This document shows positions 13,690 to 26,429 of a DNA stretch of 64,000 bases, piece after piece. Below the pieces are notes generated by a model. It had not been told where the DNA came from and did not search any database. It was given only the letters and a program-made list of their open reading frames with translations. The DNA is taken from assembly GCF_001194135.2 (NCBI RefSeq), contig NC_068988.1, positions 67,259,882 to 67,323,881 of the forward strand. Reading direction: 5' to 3'. The first letter of the stretch is position 1. Each line of letters begins with the position of its first letter. This DNA comes from Octopus bimaculoides. Its lineage: Eukaryota. A program made the translations under genes and the position numbers.

Positions 13690-15400
13690 CACAGTAAAGA
13701 AGAGCTTCACTGTGACATAACTTTCACTGGCAACTGGTACAGACTTGCAAAATACATTATGGTAATAGATCGAGAGTCGCAGCTGACCTCCTACTCGATG
13801 TGCGAAGAAAGCAGTCTAGAGGAACAAAGACCACTGATAAATATAAGGTTCTCAGTTTGTAGGGAGTTGATGGATGAAATGTAATTATCACAACACCACA
13901 AATTTTAGGAGCACAGCAGATCTTGAGTTCGTTGGGAAAGGTCACCATAAGGTTACACATGTAAATTATTAGAAAGTCATCTTAGAGGGATCCCTTTTTT
14001 CTTTCTTGTTTTCTGTAACACAATATTTCAACACTTCAAGGAAATGGAATCCCATGCTTTAGCAAGAACTATAGTAGTATTCTGAAAGACAACGTTAATG
14101 TCAAATATACCTAGACTCAATTGCGTAACAGATTTGGTGTCAGTGACAAAATCCAGCTAATTGTAAGGTTTAAAGTGTGGTGTTTTTAGTATCAAACATA
14201 AATTACACTGGCAATTCATGTTTTATGACTTCGGCATGGCTGATGTCAAGGTAATTGAAAGATTGTGCAGTAAATTTGCAAGAAAGTGTCTGGCGTTTAA
14301 TTCAACCTGTACAGCAAAAATCTGAGATCTTCTTACTTAATACGTCCCTGATGGAAAACTTCAATGCTACGAAGGTAAGGTGAGCCAGCAATTTTCTCAC
14401 TGAGTCACCACTTTCGTAATGAGAACGAGTGATTACAGATTAAAACAAGGCTATAATTGGTAGCAGGGTATTATTGGCGTATTCTCTTATGAATGGCTGG
14501 AAATTGTAGGCAAAAGCATTTGGAAAGGAGTAGCAAAATACTAATAGCAGGAGCAAGAGCAAACTCATGGTACAGATGATCCAAGATTCAACAGAGATAG
14601 TCACCATATAAAAATTGTAGTCTCCGCGTTCCAGGGACAATGGATTAAGTGTGATAAAGCGATGGGACGAAGTCTGCTATGGATATACCTCTCGTAAACT
14701 GTTCATAAGTTGCCATTTCCTCATTCGTACCGTTGCAGAAAAATTGGCAATTAAACATAAACTTCAAATCTCGGGCAGATAGGAACACCTATACGGCAAG
14801 AAGTGTGGAGTAATTCTTTGTCCCATGGACCACATTTTGACCGGAATTTCTAGATCGCTTGAGGAATGGTGATGTAAAACAGAGGCGCCACATGGCCTTA
14901 ACAAAATTGCCAAATGGATTGACGTAATGGAAGACGGGTAAGTCCGTCAAGGGACAATCGTAAGCACCAAATGTTTTCAGATTCCTAAAGGAAGGTTATA
15001 AATCCTAAAGCAAATACATTTATGAAGGGTCTCTCACTTATTTTACACCAAATATGGGACTGAGAGATGCAAGTGAATCTAAAGTGTAGACACACCTTGC
15101 CAGATGTAGTGGCGATCATATCGCTCCAACCAGATATCGCTGGAGCGCAAAACGATCATTTGAACTTACAGTTTTCTGGGAAAACACGCTTAAAATGTCT
15201 CACCAACGGATTAAAGCCAATTATAAGAATTAGGTTGATGATGCCCTTATAAAAGAATGTCTCGTAGCCTCATTTCCGCTAAGGTTATCCAGAGATATCT
15301 CAGCGCAATCTACAACAGAATACAGGTTAGAAATCCAAACAAATACACGAATTCAGTAAGTACATAGCTATAACACGTGATATCAGTTCAAAATTGCTCT
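13690..15400 (-). mobile_element. Highly decayed CR1/L2-type LINE (RT domain and C-terminus)
   Basis: Motifs in the correct order on the minus strand: FCAPAIS (KCAPEL-like), LEIPVKMWSM (LDISKAFDRVWH-like), SVP*xFALAPA (GVPQGSVLxP-like), IREYANNTLL (YADD-like, about 14470), VELNAR (FNASKT-like), LRTLYLSVVFVPLDC (LYKxLVRPxLEY-like). Confidence 0.6.
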
Positions 15401-15911
15401 AGTCGGCGAAAGAAGGAGCATTTGATTAGCAGATGGTTAATTTTCTCATTGCTACTCAACTCTTTAGCCACCAGTGGATGAAGTCAAGTTAGCTATGCCT
15501 TTAAATAGTTTCCTATACTTTAAACATTAAATATGTACGTAATCTATATAAATGAAAACTATAAATAAATAAATAAATAACTAGAGTTTTGTCTAAGCAG
15601 TGAAAATCTTTGCATATTTAGCACCGTGTTTAAAATACGCAAGGGTTTTTAACATTGCAGTAGCTTTAGCTACCAGCAGAACTTAGCTTTAAATGCCTTT
15701 AAATAGTTTCCTGTAATTCAAACATTAAATATGTATATACTCTATATAAATAAATAAATATATATACATTTGTGTATATATAATGTTTATAACTTATACC
15801 TATCTATCTATTTGTGTTCCTATTTGTCTCTATATTGTATGTATGCACGCACGCACACACACGCACACGCACACATACACACACACACATATATATGCAT
15901 ACATATACACG

Positions 15912-15948
<37 letters not shown>

Positions 15949-17065
15949 CGAGTAGCCACCCACACGTTTTCATCATTTTTAGGAATTTCTTCTGATTCCT
16001 ACGTCTTCAACTACAGAGATTACGATTTCCCCAGAATGACAGCACTTCAAAATTTCTGTGCCCTTGTCAAATTTAAGTTTTTGACATCTTGATTTGGATA
16101 TTTTTCTTGGAATTCCCAATGTAATAAAACAGAATTTAAGGATCTGAAAAAACAAAAACAAAAAAAAAAGCAACAAATCTTTTCCAAATTTTAATTTTTG
16201 TAGCGTTCTATATATTAATGGCAGGCGAAAAGATCTGTTCATATCATTCATCTTTCTTTTTGCTATCATTTTTGACAACTTTTAAAATGTTTAAAATCGT
16301 CTTAATCTTATTAAACATGGACATTTATCCTTCATATTCTAAACCCTCACAAACCAACGAAAGCTGTCGGTGTCTTTCTTTGAGAAACGTTACATTAACA
16401 CATTTTAAGCTTTCACTATCGTGCTACCCGTTCCGTATTTAGCTTTGCCAGCATGGACACCTTTGAAAGATTGCCAATCAATTTCAATCAGATGGAAATG
16501 TTTCCCGGTCTTTGCATAATACATTACTTATTCAACTAACACATCCTAACACCCATCACTAAGGTATTAGAGATTATTTTCCGACCCCATCATCTTTACT
16601 AAATGAGAATAAAAACAGAATTGGCATACATTTAATTCTACATTCTTCACCATGATGAACAAATTGTAAGTGCTCAAAATTATTTCAATTTTAATAAACA
16701 TTGGGACCTGGCCGCTCACTTTACTTTTCTCACAAGATCACTGCCTCCGTAAGACACACAGCTATGATGTAAATAGAATAATAATTGAAGACTAAGAAAT
16801 AAGCCAAATGGTAAGGAGCCATTTTAGTCCGTGGGTGACCTTCTGCAGGTATATGATTATTTCAAATAATGAATTTTAAACTATGAATTGCTCTTAAAGT
16901 TCCTTTTAGTCGTGAGACTTATATGTTGTTTTCGCGTCAGCTTTTAAAGACTATATCAGTATCTTGGCATGAATTGGACGGCATTTATCATTGTTTTCTT
17001 TGAAGTATAAAAAGGAAAATTGAAATCTCAGAACAATATGTAGAACGTTTCCATGCTAGAATATA

Positions 17066-17731
17066 CAGGGTGGGGTGGGTAAATTGTCGCCATTTTATAT
17101 TTTTAATTTCGTCCATGCACTTTGTTTCTTTTTAGTTTTATCCACTACACAGTATAGTAGGGTCAGTTGGGCACCGTTTGTGAGAAAAATAGCACCATGA
17201 CGCCATTCACTCTGCCAGAAATTTGCAAACGACATGCGGTCCTGCTTGGCATTCATGCCGGAAGCTCCAATATGAACATTTCAGAGTGTTTGGGTATCAA
17301 TCTGAGGACATGTATCGAGAATGATAAAATAAAACATCCAGTGAACATCATGGTGTTTGGAATGATCACTAGTAATGGTGATGTTATGCCTCCATTTACC
17401 TTTCCACACATCCTCAGTCTCAATACGGAGGCCTACATCAAGTGTCTGGAGGAGGTAGTGATGCCCTGAGTTAAGAGGGTGGCTGCTGGAAGACGCTATG
17501 TCTGGAAACAGGACTCTGCACCATGCCGTACAAGCGGGACAACACAGTAAAAGTTGTCAGACAATTTCTGCGACCGCATCACCCTTAACATCTGGCCACT
17601 TAACTCTGCAGACTGCAGCCTCCTTAATTACTATATGTGGGGCGCAGTTGTGCGAGAGACCAACAAAATACCGTGTAACACCAACCATCAAATGAAGTGA
17701 AGGATTATTTCAGCATTCACCAACTTAAACA
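17066..17731 (+). mobile_element. maT/DD37D-like Tc1-mariner element, internally deleted, cut by an assembly gap
   Basis: TA + TIR cagggtggggtgggtaaattgtcgccatttt. Peptide KHPVNIMVFGMITSNGDVMPPF...YIKCLEEVVMP, followed by KQDSAPC and NIWPLNSADCSLLNYYMWGAV. Confidence 0.85.
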
Positions 17732-18308
17732 NNNNNNNNNNNNNNNNNNNNNNNNNNNNNNNNNNNNNNNNNNNNNNNNNNNNNNNNNNNNNNNNNNNNN
17801 NNNNNNNNNNNNNNNNNNNNNNNNNNNNNNNNNNNNNNNNNNNNNNNNNNNNNNNNNNNNNNNNNNNNNNNNNNNNNNNNNNNNNNNNNNNNNNNNNNNN
17901 NNNNNNNNNNNNNNNNNNNNNNNNNNNNNNNNNNNNNNNNNNNNNNNNNNNNNNNNNNNNNNNNNNNNNNNNNNNNNNNNNNNNNNNNNNNNNNNNNNNN
18001 NNNNNNNNNNNNNNNNNNNNNNNNNNNNNNNNNNNNNNNNNNNNNNNNNNNNNNNNNNNNNNNNNNNNNNNNNNNNNNNNNNNNNNNNNNNNNNNNNNNN
18101 NNNNNNNNNNNNNNNNNNNNNNNNNNNNNNNNNNNNNNNNNNNNNNNNNNNNNNNNNNNNNNNNNNNNNNNNNNNNNNNNNNNNNNNNNNNNNNNNNNNN
18201 NNNNNNNNNNNNNNNNNNNNNNNNNNNNNNNNNNNNNNNNNNNNNNNNNNNNNNNNNNNNNNNNNNNNNNNNNNNNNNNNNNNNNNNNNNNNNNNNNNNN
18301 NNNNNNNN
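17732..18308. other. Assembly gap (N)
   Basis: Run of N. Confidence 0.99.
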
Positions 18309-20169
18309 ATGAAGCTGAGATTTAAGTAAAATGATGTACCTTTTGGATGGATCCCGGATTAAAAATGGATAAATAATTAAGATGAATGGTTTTTACAAAT
18401 CTACTTTAAATTTCTATTTTGGTTTGATCGTCTTAGCAATGTTTTCGTGTGGGATTTAGAGACGATTCAAAACGTATGAAACTTTTCCAAAACTATGGTA
18501 AAGAAGAGAATTTTATGGATGCAAATCATTTTACCTTCATACTAATAAACAGCGGAAGGAATTTCTTATTTCTGTGAGGAGAGTGTCGATATTCCGATAG
18601 CTGGTGATAAGGTTCATTCAAAAAAAAAAAAAAAAAAATGGGGGAAATGATTTTCTGATAATAATTCATGTTATGCGCGTAGAATAGCAAAAATATAAAC
18701 AATAAGGTATCTATTTCAGCTTAATATGTTCTGGAATAGTATATGTATTTTGAGCATGCATCATCTAAAAGGACGAATTAAAAAATAAAACAATACAATA
18801 GTGATTTGCACTAAGAATGAATACGTTATTCTTCCGAAATTTGTTTATTAATCCTAGCGTATCGACTGGCCAAGTTGGGGCTTCCTTCATTTTTTCTGTT
18901 TGTTCAACAATCATGCATGCCAGTGCAATGTATACTGGTATTCCGATGCGTGGAGAAGGGCTTTAATTAAAAAAGCAAACAAAAATGAGCCTTTAAAAAA
19001 CTTTTTTAGCGTGAATTTAACTTGGTCAAGAACTGCATTTGCTAGAAGTTGTAGAGAAGTGTGCGAATAGTAAATATTAACATTAGGGACATTATTGAGT
19101 CACTGATGTAATTTAATGATTTATGTGCAAACACACACAGACGCACACACAGATGCATTTATCCTAGTAAGAAAGAAGGTACGTCTGTGTGCCTTATGTG
19201 TGTAAGTGTGTGTGCGTATGTTCGTCCGTTTTCAAGTACTTCCTTTCGGAAAAGTTAGATTTACGTCGTAAGTTGATATTTTGTAATCTATTTCCTTGTT
19301 TAGTAGAGATATCCTACAAATCCATTTAGGTAGACGACGCAAGGAGGAAAAAGCTCTCTATATGCAAGTAAACAGTAAATAGAGTAAAATATCACATTAT
19401 ACTTTCTGCATTAATATCGACACATTGTAGTCCACAAGATTATGTATTCTTTTCTATTCCATCACACTGTCCACTTATATTATTAAAATCAACAAGGCAT
19501 CACCAAACATTAACCGTGGCCTGTACATGAATACATATGCACTGAAATATAAGACATATCTGAATATATTCCAATCTGTCTGATAGAAAGTACTGAAATC
19601 AATATATATAATCTCAGCCTATGAACTAATTACGTTTATGTTTTCGAAATATGAGAAATTGATAGAATATATTTGTGACGTTACTGACGATTATGTATAA
19701 ACAAATGGTTATATTGTAAACCATCTATTCAATACACTACTCCAGTAAATACAAATATTGCTTCAAATGAGGCAAGTGAATAATATTCAACTAAAGGTAT
19801 GTAGATTTCGCGTTTCAGATGACAATCATAATTTAGGACGTATACAAAGGCTGTCTCCAATTTTGCTTTTGAATATTAAATCTATGTTCACGTCAAAGAC
19901 TGAATTTCATTGAGAATGTGTTCAAAGGATTTCTCACATCTGAGAAAAGTGGATGCCTATTTAGTGACGGGCTTCATAATCGAATAAATTAAACTATATT
20001 ATGAAGCTTGCGTAGGAGCAAATTACCACGCATGTTCTAATGGCAATTACGAGGTTGTAAATCAAGTGGTACCATAAGGGTTAAGTAGTAAAAGACTTAT
20101 GGTTACTTATAGTCACTCACGTATGATAATCGTCATGCATGTTCTCTCACTCAGAATTTCACAACTATT

Positions 20170-20562
20170 TTATTCTTTTACTTGGTTCTGTCATTTGACT
20201 GCGGCCATGCTGGAGCACCGCCTGTTTAGTTGAGCAAATCGACCCCAGGAGTTATTCTTTGAAAGCCTAGTACTTATGCTATCGGGGTCTTTTGCCGAAC
20301 CGCTAGATTACGGGGACGTAAACACACCAGCACCAGTTGTCAGGCGATGTTTCGGGGACAAACACGGACACACAAACATACACACACACAGACACACACA
20401 CATACACACATATACATATATGCAGTTTCCGTCTACCAAATCCACTCACAAGTTTTTGGTCGGCCCGAGGCTATAGTAGAAGACAAAGTGCCACGCAGTG
20501 GGAATGAACCCGAGTCCATGTGCTTGGTAAGCAAACTACTTACCACACAGCCACTCCTGCGC
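20170..20562 (-). mobile_element. Long (about 400 bp) tRNA-derived SINE, full length
   Basis: Head ggagtggctgtgtggtaagtagtttgcttacc...gggttcattcccactgcgtggcac, internal CA microsatellite, tail ggcggtgctccagcatggccgcagtcaaatgac. Confidence 0.85.
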
Positions 20563-21305
20563 TTAAAGGTTTACTTTCAAAATTTTCCGAGATAATGATC
20601 CTTTAAATGTCACAATATTGCTGACATGTTATCTATCAACTTATGATAGTCAGCAGTGAGCTAGAAAATTCATTAGCGCATCAGAAAAAAGACCTTGCGA
20701 CATTTCACCCAGCTCTTTTCGCTTCTAGGATATTTTCACGCCGAGACCAACATTGCCTTTAATCCTTTTGATGTGAATAAATAAAGTGCCTACAACATTC
20801 TGGTATTAATGGGATTGACTAATCCGTTCTTTTCGAAATTGCTAGTCTTCTGACTAAATCAGAATTCACTTTGTAGACTAAGTCTACTTCCGTAGTATCA
20901 ATTGAAAACGTTGTGAACATAAAACAGGACGTAATATAGAGTAGCATAGGTGACACAATAATTTATCTTTATGGGGGGGAAAACAACATTATCATATTTG
21001 CATTTATAACTTAATAAGTATTCAATCTCTATTAATTTAAATTTATTTTAATAAAATAGCGTTACAATAACTCTCTTAATCTGAACCTAGCTTTAAACAT
21101 TGTAAGAATGATTGATATAGAAAAAGTCGATATCACAAGGCAGTCGTCGTCTTTTCAAACTAATTTGTATGTCGCACACACACACACAAGCAGATACACA
21201 CACACACACACATACACACACACACATACACACACACACATGCACGCACACACACCACACACGAACAAGTACACGCATGTATACTAACACATATATTACA
21301 TATGT

Positions 21306-21351
<46 letters not shown>

Positions 21352-21690
21352 NNNNNNNNNNNNNNNNNNNNNNNNNNNNNNNNATATATACACACACATA
21401 TATACACACACACAAATATAAATACATGTGTGAGTGCGTGTGTGGTAATGTTTCTGTTTATGTTCAGTTATAGTAAAAGTAATTTTACATTAATCTTATA
21501 TGTTTCTTTATACTTTAATAGAGTTCAAATTTATTTTTTCTTCAACAACAATGCATTATTGACAGTGACTTCGAAATTTCAGTCAGTCAGTTAGGACATC
21601 ATATGACTATAGCTTCAGTGGAAGAAACTTTGAAGTTCATCAATAATATTCTTGCTGGAGAATAATATGTGTGTATATATATATATATAT

Positions 21691-22363
21691 AGGAAACAGA
21701 GGAACTAGAAGGTACCTATGTTTGCTTAAAATAGCAGTCGATAACCGTACGACGCTATGTAGTACTTCACTGAATGTCTAGAGGTAAAGATGTGGGTGGG
21801 CGGCGAATATAGAAAATTTTCGTCTAACCTATAGGAAGAATGCTGGATAAATGGAAAACCTAGAATGTATAACCTAGTACTCGAGTTTCAGACTTTCCTC
21901 AATACGTTTATTACCGTAAATCTGGTTAGTATTGTTCAGCTAGGTACCTTCATGGTGATCTATTTAGCTGGAAAATAATGCTGTTGTATTACAATAATAT
22001 TTATAATTTTTTTATATAAAACCTTTTCACTGATCTTGATTATGTTTATGGCTTGGTGTATCAGCCGAAGATACAGGCATTGATGTAGCGAATATTTCAA
22101 ACTTCGTCTTCGTTGCGCCTAGCTGAAGATGAAGAAGTCTAAGCAGATTTACCAAAACAAACGTAGTGTAGAAAATCCGAAACTCGAGTACTAGGTTATT
22201 CATTTATCCGGCGTTCTTCCTAGAGATAAAACGAACATCTGCTATGTTCGACACCCACACACATATTTGCCTCTATACATTCAATGAAGCTTTACATAGC
22301 GTCGTGCGGTTATCGACTTTTATTTGCAGCAAACATTAATGCCTTGTTGAACCACTATTACCT
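21691..22363. mobile_element. Long-TIR foldback/MITE-like element
   Basis: Arms about 21691-21944 and 22118-22363 are reverse complements with scattered mismatches (e.g. agtcgataaccgtacgacgctatgta vs tacatagcgtcgtgcggttatcgact; ataacctagtactcgagtttc vs gaaactcgagtactaggttat). Spacer about 170 bp. Confidence 0.8.
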
Positions 22364-22444
22364 GTTTATAAGTCTACCTTATGGTGCTTTATTTAGTTGG
22401 AACATAATACTATTGTATAGCAATAATAATTATAATTTTGTATG

Positions 22445-22510
<66 letters not shown>

Positions 22511-22534
22511 TACAAACACACACATAAACATATA

Positions 22535-22670
22535 ACTATTTTTACGACGGGCTTCTTTCAGTTTCCATCAACCAAATCTACTCACACAAATTTGGTCGGC
22601 CCCGGGCTATAGTAGTAGACATTTACCTATGTCGTTGGGAAGCAAGCTTCTTACCAAACAGCTACACATG
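22535..22670 (-). mobile_element. Long SINE, partial
   Basis: gacgggcttctttcagtttccatcaaccaaatctactcac...ggtcggcccgggctatagtag matches the family on the reverse strand. Confidence 0.75.
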
Positions 22671-22879
22671 CACTTCTGTATACAAATTTTGTATTTCATA
22701 CAAACATATATATATGTACATATAAATACACATATACACACATACGCGCATTCACATATATATGAGTATGCATGTATGTTCATGTGTGCGTATGCTTTTT
22801 GTGTTTGCATGTGTGTGTGTTTGCGTGTGTATGTGTTTGAGTGTGTGTGTGTGTGTGTTTGTGTTTGTACGTGTAACAT

Positions 22880-24290
22880 CTAATACAGTTCTATATTTAA
22901 GAGATGAGGAATTATGTACATTATTTACATTATTTACATTCAGGTCACTGCCTGGAATCGCACTCGAAATCTTGGGGTTAGTAGTAGCCCGCACTATTAA
23001 CCACTACGCTCGTAGACAATTTTGGAGTGAATAGTTGGGCTTATAAATCTAACATTCTCCTATATATCGCAGCTATAGGGTTGGTTTTAGTGAGAGTTTG
23101 GCTTTAGGATCAACAGCACTAAACCAACCCTATGGCTGCAATATGTTGATGACACATTCAAACTCTGACCCACCCAAGAAGATTTCCAAATGACGTTAGA
23201 TCATGTGAACTCAATAAGGCCATCCATACAATTCGCAATGGAAAAGGTAAAAGACAATCAGCTGGCATTCCTGGACGTATTAACAACACGCACCAAGTAT
23301 GGATTCAGGACATCCGTATACGCAAACCAACCTTTACTAGACGATACCTCAACTTCAACTCCCATCATTCATACAGTGTAAAGAGAGGGATTGCTCAGTG
23401 CCTAAAACATCGAGCAATGAATATAAGTAGCGATCGTGATACCTACCACGAAGAAATGATCAAGCTCAGTAACAATTTATTAATCAACAGCTACCCCAAA
23501 AGTATACTGTCCAATTATGAAGAAAAGAGAGGATGAAATCGATAAGCTGTCCACTGTCTGTCTACCCTATGTGAAAAGCCTCTTCGAAAAGATACAAAAG
23601 ATATGCGGCTCATATGACATCAGGACAGTATTCACGAGTAATACAGCACTTCGCAAATATCTGCTCGGAGTAAAACCACCAATAGTAGAGAATATGACCA
23701 AGAACTGCGTTTACTCCATCCCATGCAGCTATGGTAGGTTATACAAAGGCGAAACATGCCGCCCCTTCAAAATAAGGGTAGAGGAACATTGCAAAGATGT
23801 GACACGGGGAGATATTGATAAATAGGGTATAGCTGATCATGTATGGAAAAATGGAGACCACCTTCCCCTGTGATAGACAGAGAACACCACTGGAAAATAT
23901 GAAAATTAAAAGAAGCAGCATATATGCTAGGACACAACAACCTCCTAAGCAGACCGAGTGCAGATATGAACAGCATATGGAAACCGGTATTAAGGAAGGA
24001 TAGGAGAAATTTAGATATATAAGCCCTAAAATTCACTCCATAATTGCCCACGGGAATATGGCGTAGTGGTTAAGAGCGAGGGCTACTAACCCCAAGATTC
24101 CGAGTTCAATTCCAGGCAGTGACCTGAATAATAATAATAATAATAATAACAACAACAGCATCGATAAATACCTTAGGAATGAGAACCCAGGTTCAAAATT
24201 TCCCCAGTACGATGAAAGCGCGAGGGTATATCAGTTTTCAAGAAGAGGACAAATATCCATCAAATGTAAATAATGTGTAAAATCTAATGT
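22880..24290 (+). mobile_element. Penelope-like element, 5'-truncated, with RT, GIY-YIG, 3' pseudo-LTR and an inverted 5' pLTR copy
   Basis: ESLALGSTALKPTLWLQYVDD (one frameshift; YVDD at 23142-23153), NSIRPSIQFAMEKVKDNQLAFLDVL, and CVYSIPCSYGRLYKGETCRPFKIRVEEH (GIY-YIG). Segment 22880-23062 is the reverse complement of parts of 24000-24290. Confidence 0.9.
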
Positions 24291-24417
24291 TGTTAATCAA
24301 TAAAATTATTGAAAACGAAATATTTCCTAATTGTATGACTCTGAACTGATAGCAAATATTAAGGTATATGTGGGTGCTAAAACACACATGTTCATTTAAA
24401 TTATTATTCTTTAATTC

Positions 24418-24448
<31 letters not shown>

Positions 24449-24469
24449 TGAGGAAGTGGAGGATAGTTT

Positions 24470-24625
24470 CTACAATAGGCATAAAACCAGGATTTTTGAG
24501 TGGACTAAACGATTAAGTTAATCCTATTACTCAACTACGATTTATTTCATTGACCCACAAGAAAGATAAAAGGGAAAGTCAACCTCGGTAAATTTGAACT
24601 CAGAACGTATTGAGCCGAACATGTA
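24470..24625 (-). mobile_element. Short SINE copy
   Basis: aagtcaacctcggtaaatttgaactcagaacgta. Confidence 0.6.
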
Positions 24626-24654
24626 CTGATTCTGCAAGTTCACCGTCTTAGTAA

Positions 24655-26050
24655 TAATAATAATACTTTCTTTATTGGCCACCAGGGCCGAACGCAAAAC
24701 ATAGAGGATTATACACAGATGAGGGACAGTGAGGTCAAACGTGTAAACACCAAATAAACACACTGATCAACAAAGAGATTAAATCAACAATATTCTTCCC
24801 TAACAAGGGTGAGTTTCACTGTAAGGTGACCAACGAGACCTCAGCATTTTGGATCCCTTAACACCAACTGCTCCTCAGAAAGGCACCTTCTCTTCTACAA
24901 TCCATCCGGCTTACAGGCACACACTTAGAGTAGGCCCATTCACGCGGGCCATTCTTGCCACATTCACCCACCTTTCAACAAACTTACTGAATGATAATAG
25001 CCCCCTCCCCAGCCTGACATTCCTTTTTAGGTGGAACCTGAAAAAGTCAATGAGACCTTGGCCAAAGAGGAAGGTACTCGTCTTCAACACTTTCAATCAC
25101 TTTCAATCACGCCCAACACAAACCTCTTTTGTTATAGCCACCAGATAGAGAAAAAATGCTCTCTTTTTCTGACCAAAGGAAGGAGGCGAGCGATTTTCAC
25201 AATGGGCTCGAAATGATAGCCGGAGCATGCAGAACTGTACAAAAGCATGCAGAACTCCCAGCTAACTGCAAACCCATGCCTGTTGAGCTTATCTCGAACC
25301 GGCAACGCCCCTTGATAGCACTATCAGGCCAAGGATTTCTGAAAGTTATCCATAGTTCCCGGCTTGACAGTCCTCCGGAAGAGGTCAGCTACTTGTTTCC
25401 CCTCGACCCCCAGAACCTCTCCAAGTAAGTTGTCGCTCTTGGCCTCTTGTAATCCCCTATAGAACTTTAAGGTGTAACTTCCACCGACCGCATTGTCCGA
25501 CTGGCTGAACTCTGTGAGAGCTTGGAGACACTATAGGTGACAAGTGCCCTGGTTCGGCGTATGTCTGTTCCAGGGCTGTAGCTCCGCCAAGGAGACGAGC
25601 TGCGGAAAAGTTTGTTCAACAAACGGTGACTACATCTGCCCGATGAACCACAATCGCGGCACCTCGAACTTCCCTCCACGTTTACCCTTAGTTCTACACC
25701 ATTTGAGAGGGAAATCTGGTCTGGGACTTTCTCTAACTACTCTGGCCTTAGATGGAGAAGAAACTCCAAGGTAGTCCCAACCCAACTCGATCTTTCAACG
25801 TCCAGGAGATTCTCTCCCCCGTCCGTATTAATACAGGCGAGAATCCGCCATAAATCCAAGCCTGGTGCGACACCAGGTACCGTACTTCATATCGTCCTTC
25901 TTCTCATGTACGTTGAAAAGAGGACGATTTCCACGGTGCGACATGGAGCCACCGAGCTCTGTAACGCCTGCCCCTCGGTCTTAACAATGACCTCTAGTCC
26001 GCCGTAATTCATTGCTCTTCGCAATGTGGTAGATATCCTGCCATATGTCT
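24655..26050 (-). mobile_element. Tx1/L1-type LINE 3' portion with polyA signal and (TTA)n tail
   Basis: ORF 24911-25096 GQGLIDFFRFHLKRNVRL...FSKFVERWVNVARMARVNG is an ORF2 C-terminus. Upstream SPFVEQTFPQLVSLAELQPW. The 3' UTR ends AATAAAGAAAGTATTATTATTATTAC. Confidence 0.75.
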
Positions 26051-26429
26051 TTCAAGGCGTTTTCCACCCGGTCACGTTTAGCATTTTCGCGTTTCCTTGT
26101 CTTTGTGTTCACGCACCTGTAGGCAACTGTCCGTTTGGCTTTTGCTTCATGGACGTCGCTTAGAGGTGTCAATTCTGCCCTCCTTCCATTCATCTTCATA
26201 TATTTTGCTGCCTTATTTAGTTTTTTCTGTTTTGTTCCCCAATGAGATGTTAACCAGTTCCTTAGCTACCATGATATTTACAAATGTCTCTTTCCTTCCG
26301 ATAACTCCATTTTTGTTAGACCCTTCGCAGCAGCTGTTGCCAATGTTATTTTTCGTGCTACTACAGTTCCCATGTAGTGAGGAAGACTTTACTCCTTCCT
26401 TCCTCTCGCCTTCTTTCTGCTTTTCATCT

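Noticed and set aside
24059-24124. tRNA gene
   Set aside because: A/B boxes and an anticodon-like arm are present, but the acceptor and T stems do not pair, and it sits within a transposon terminus.
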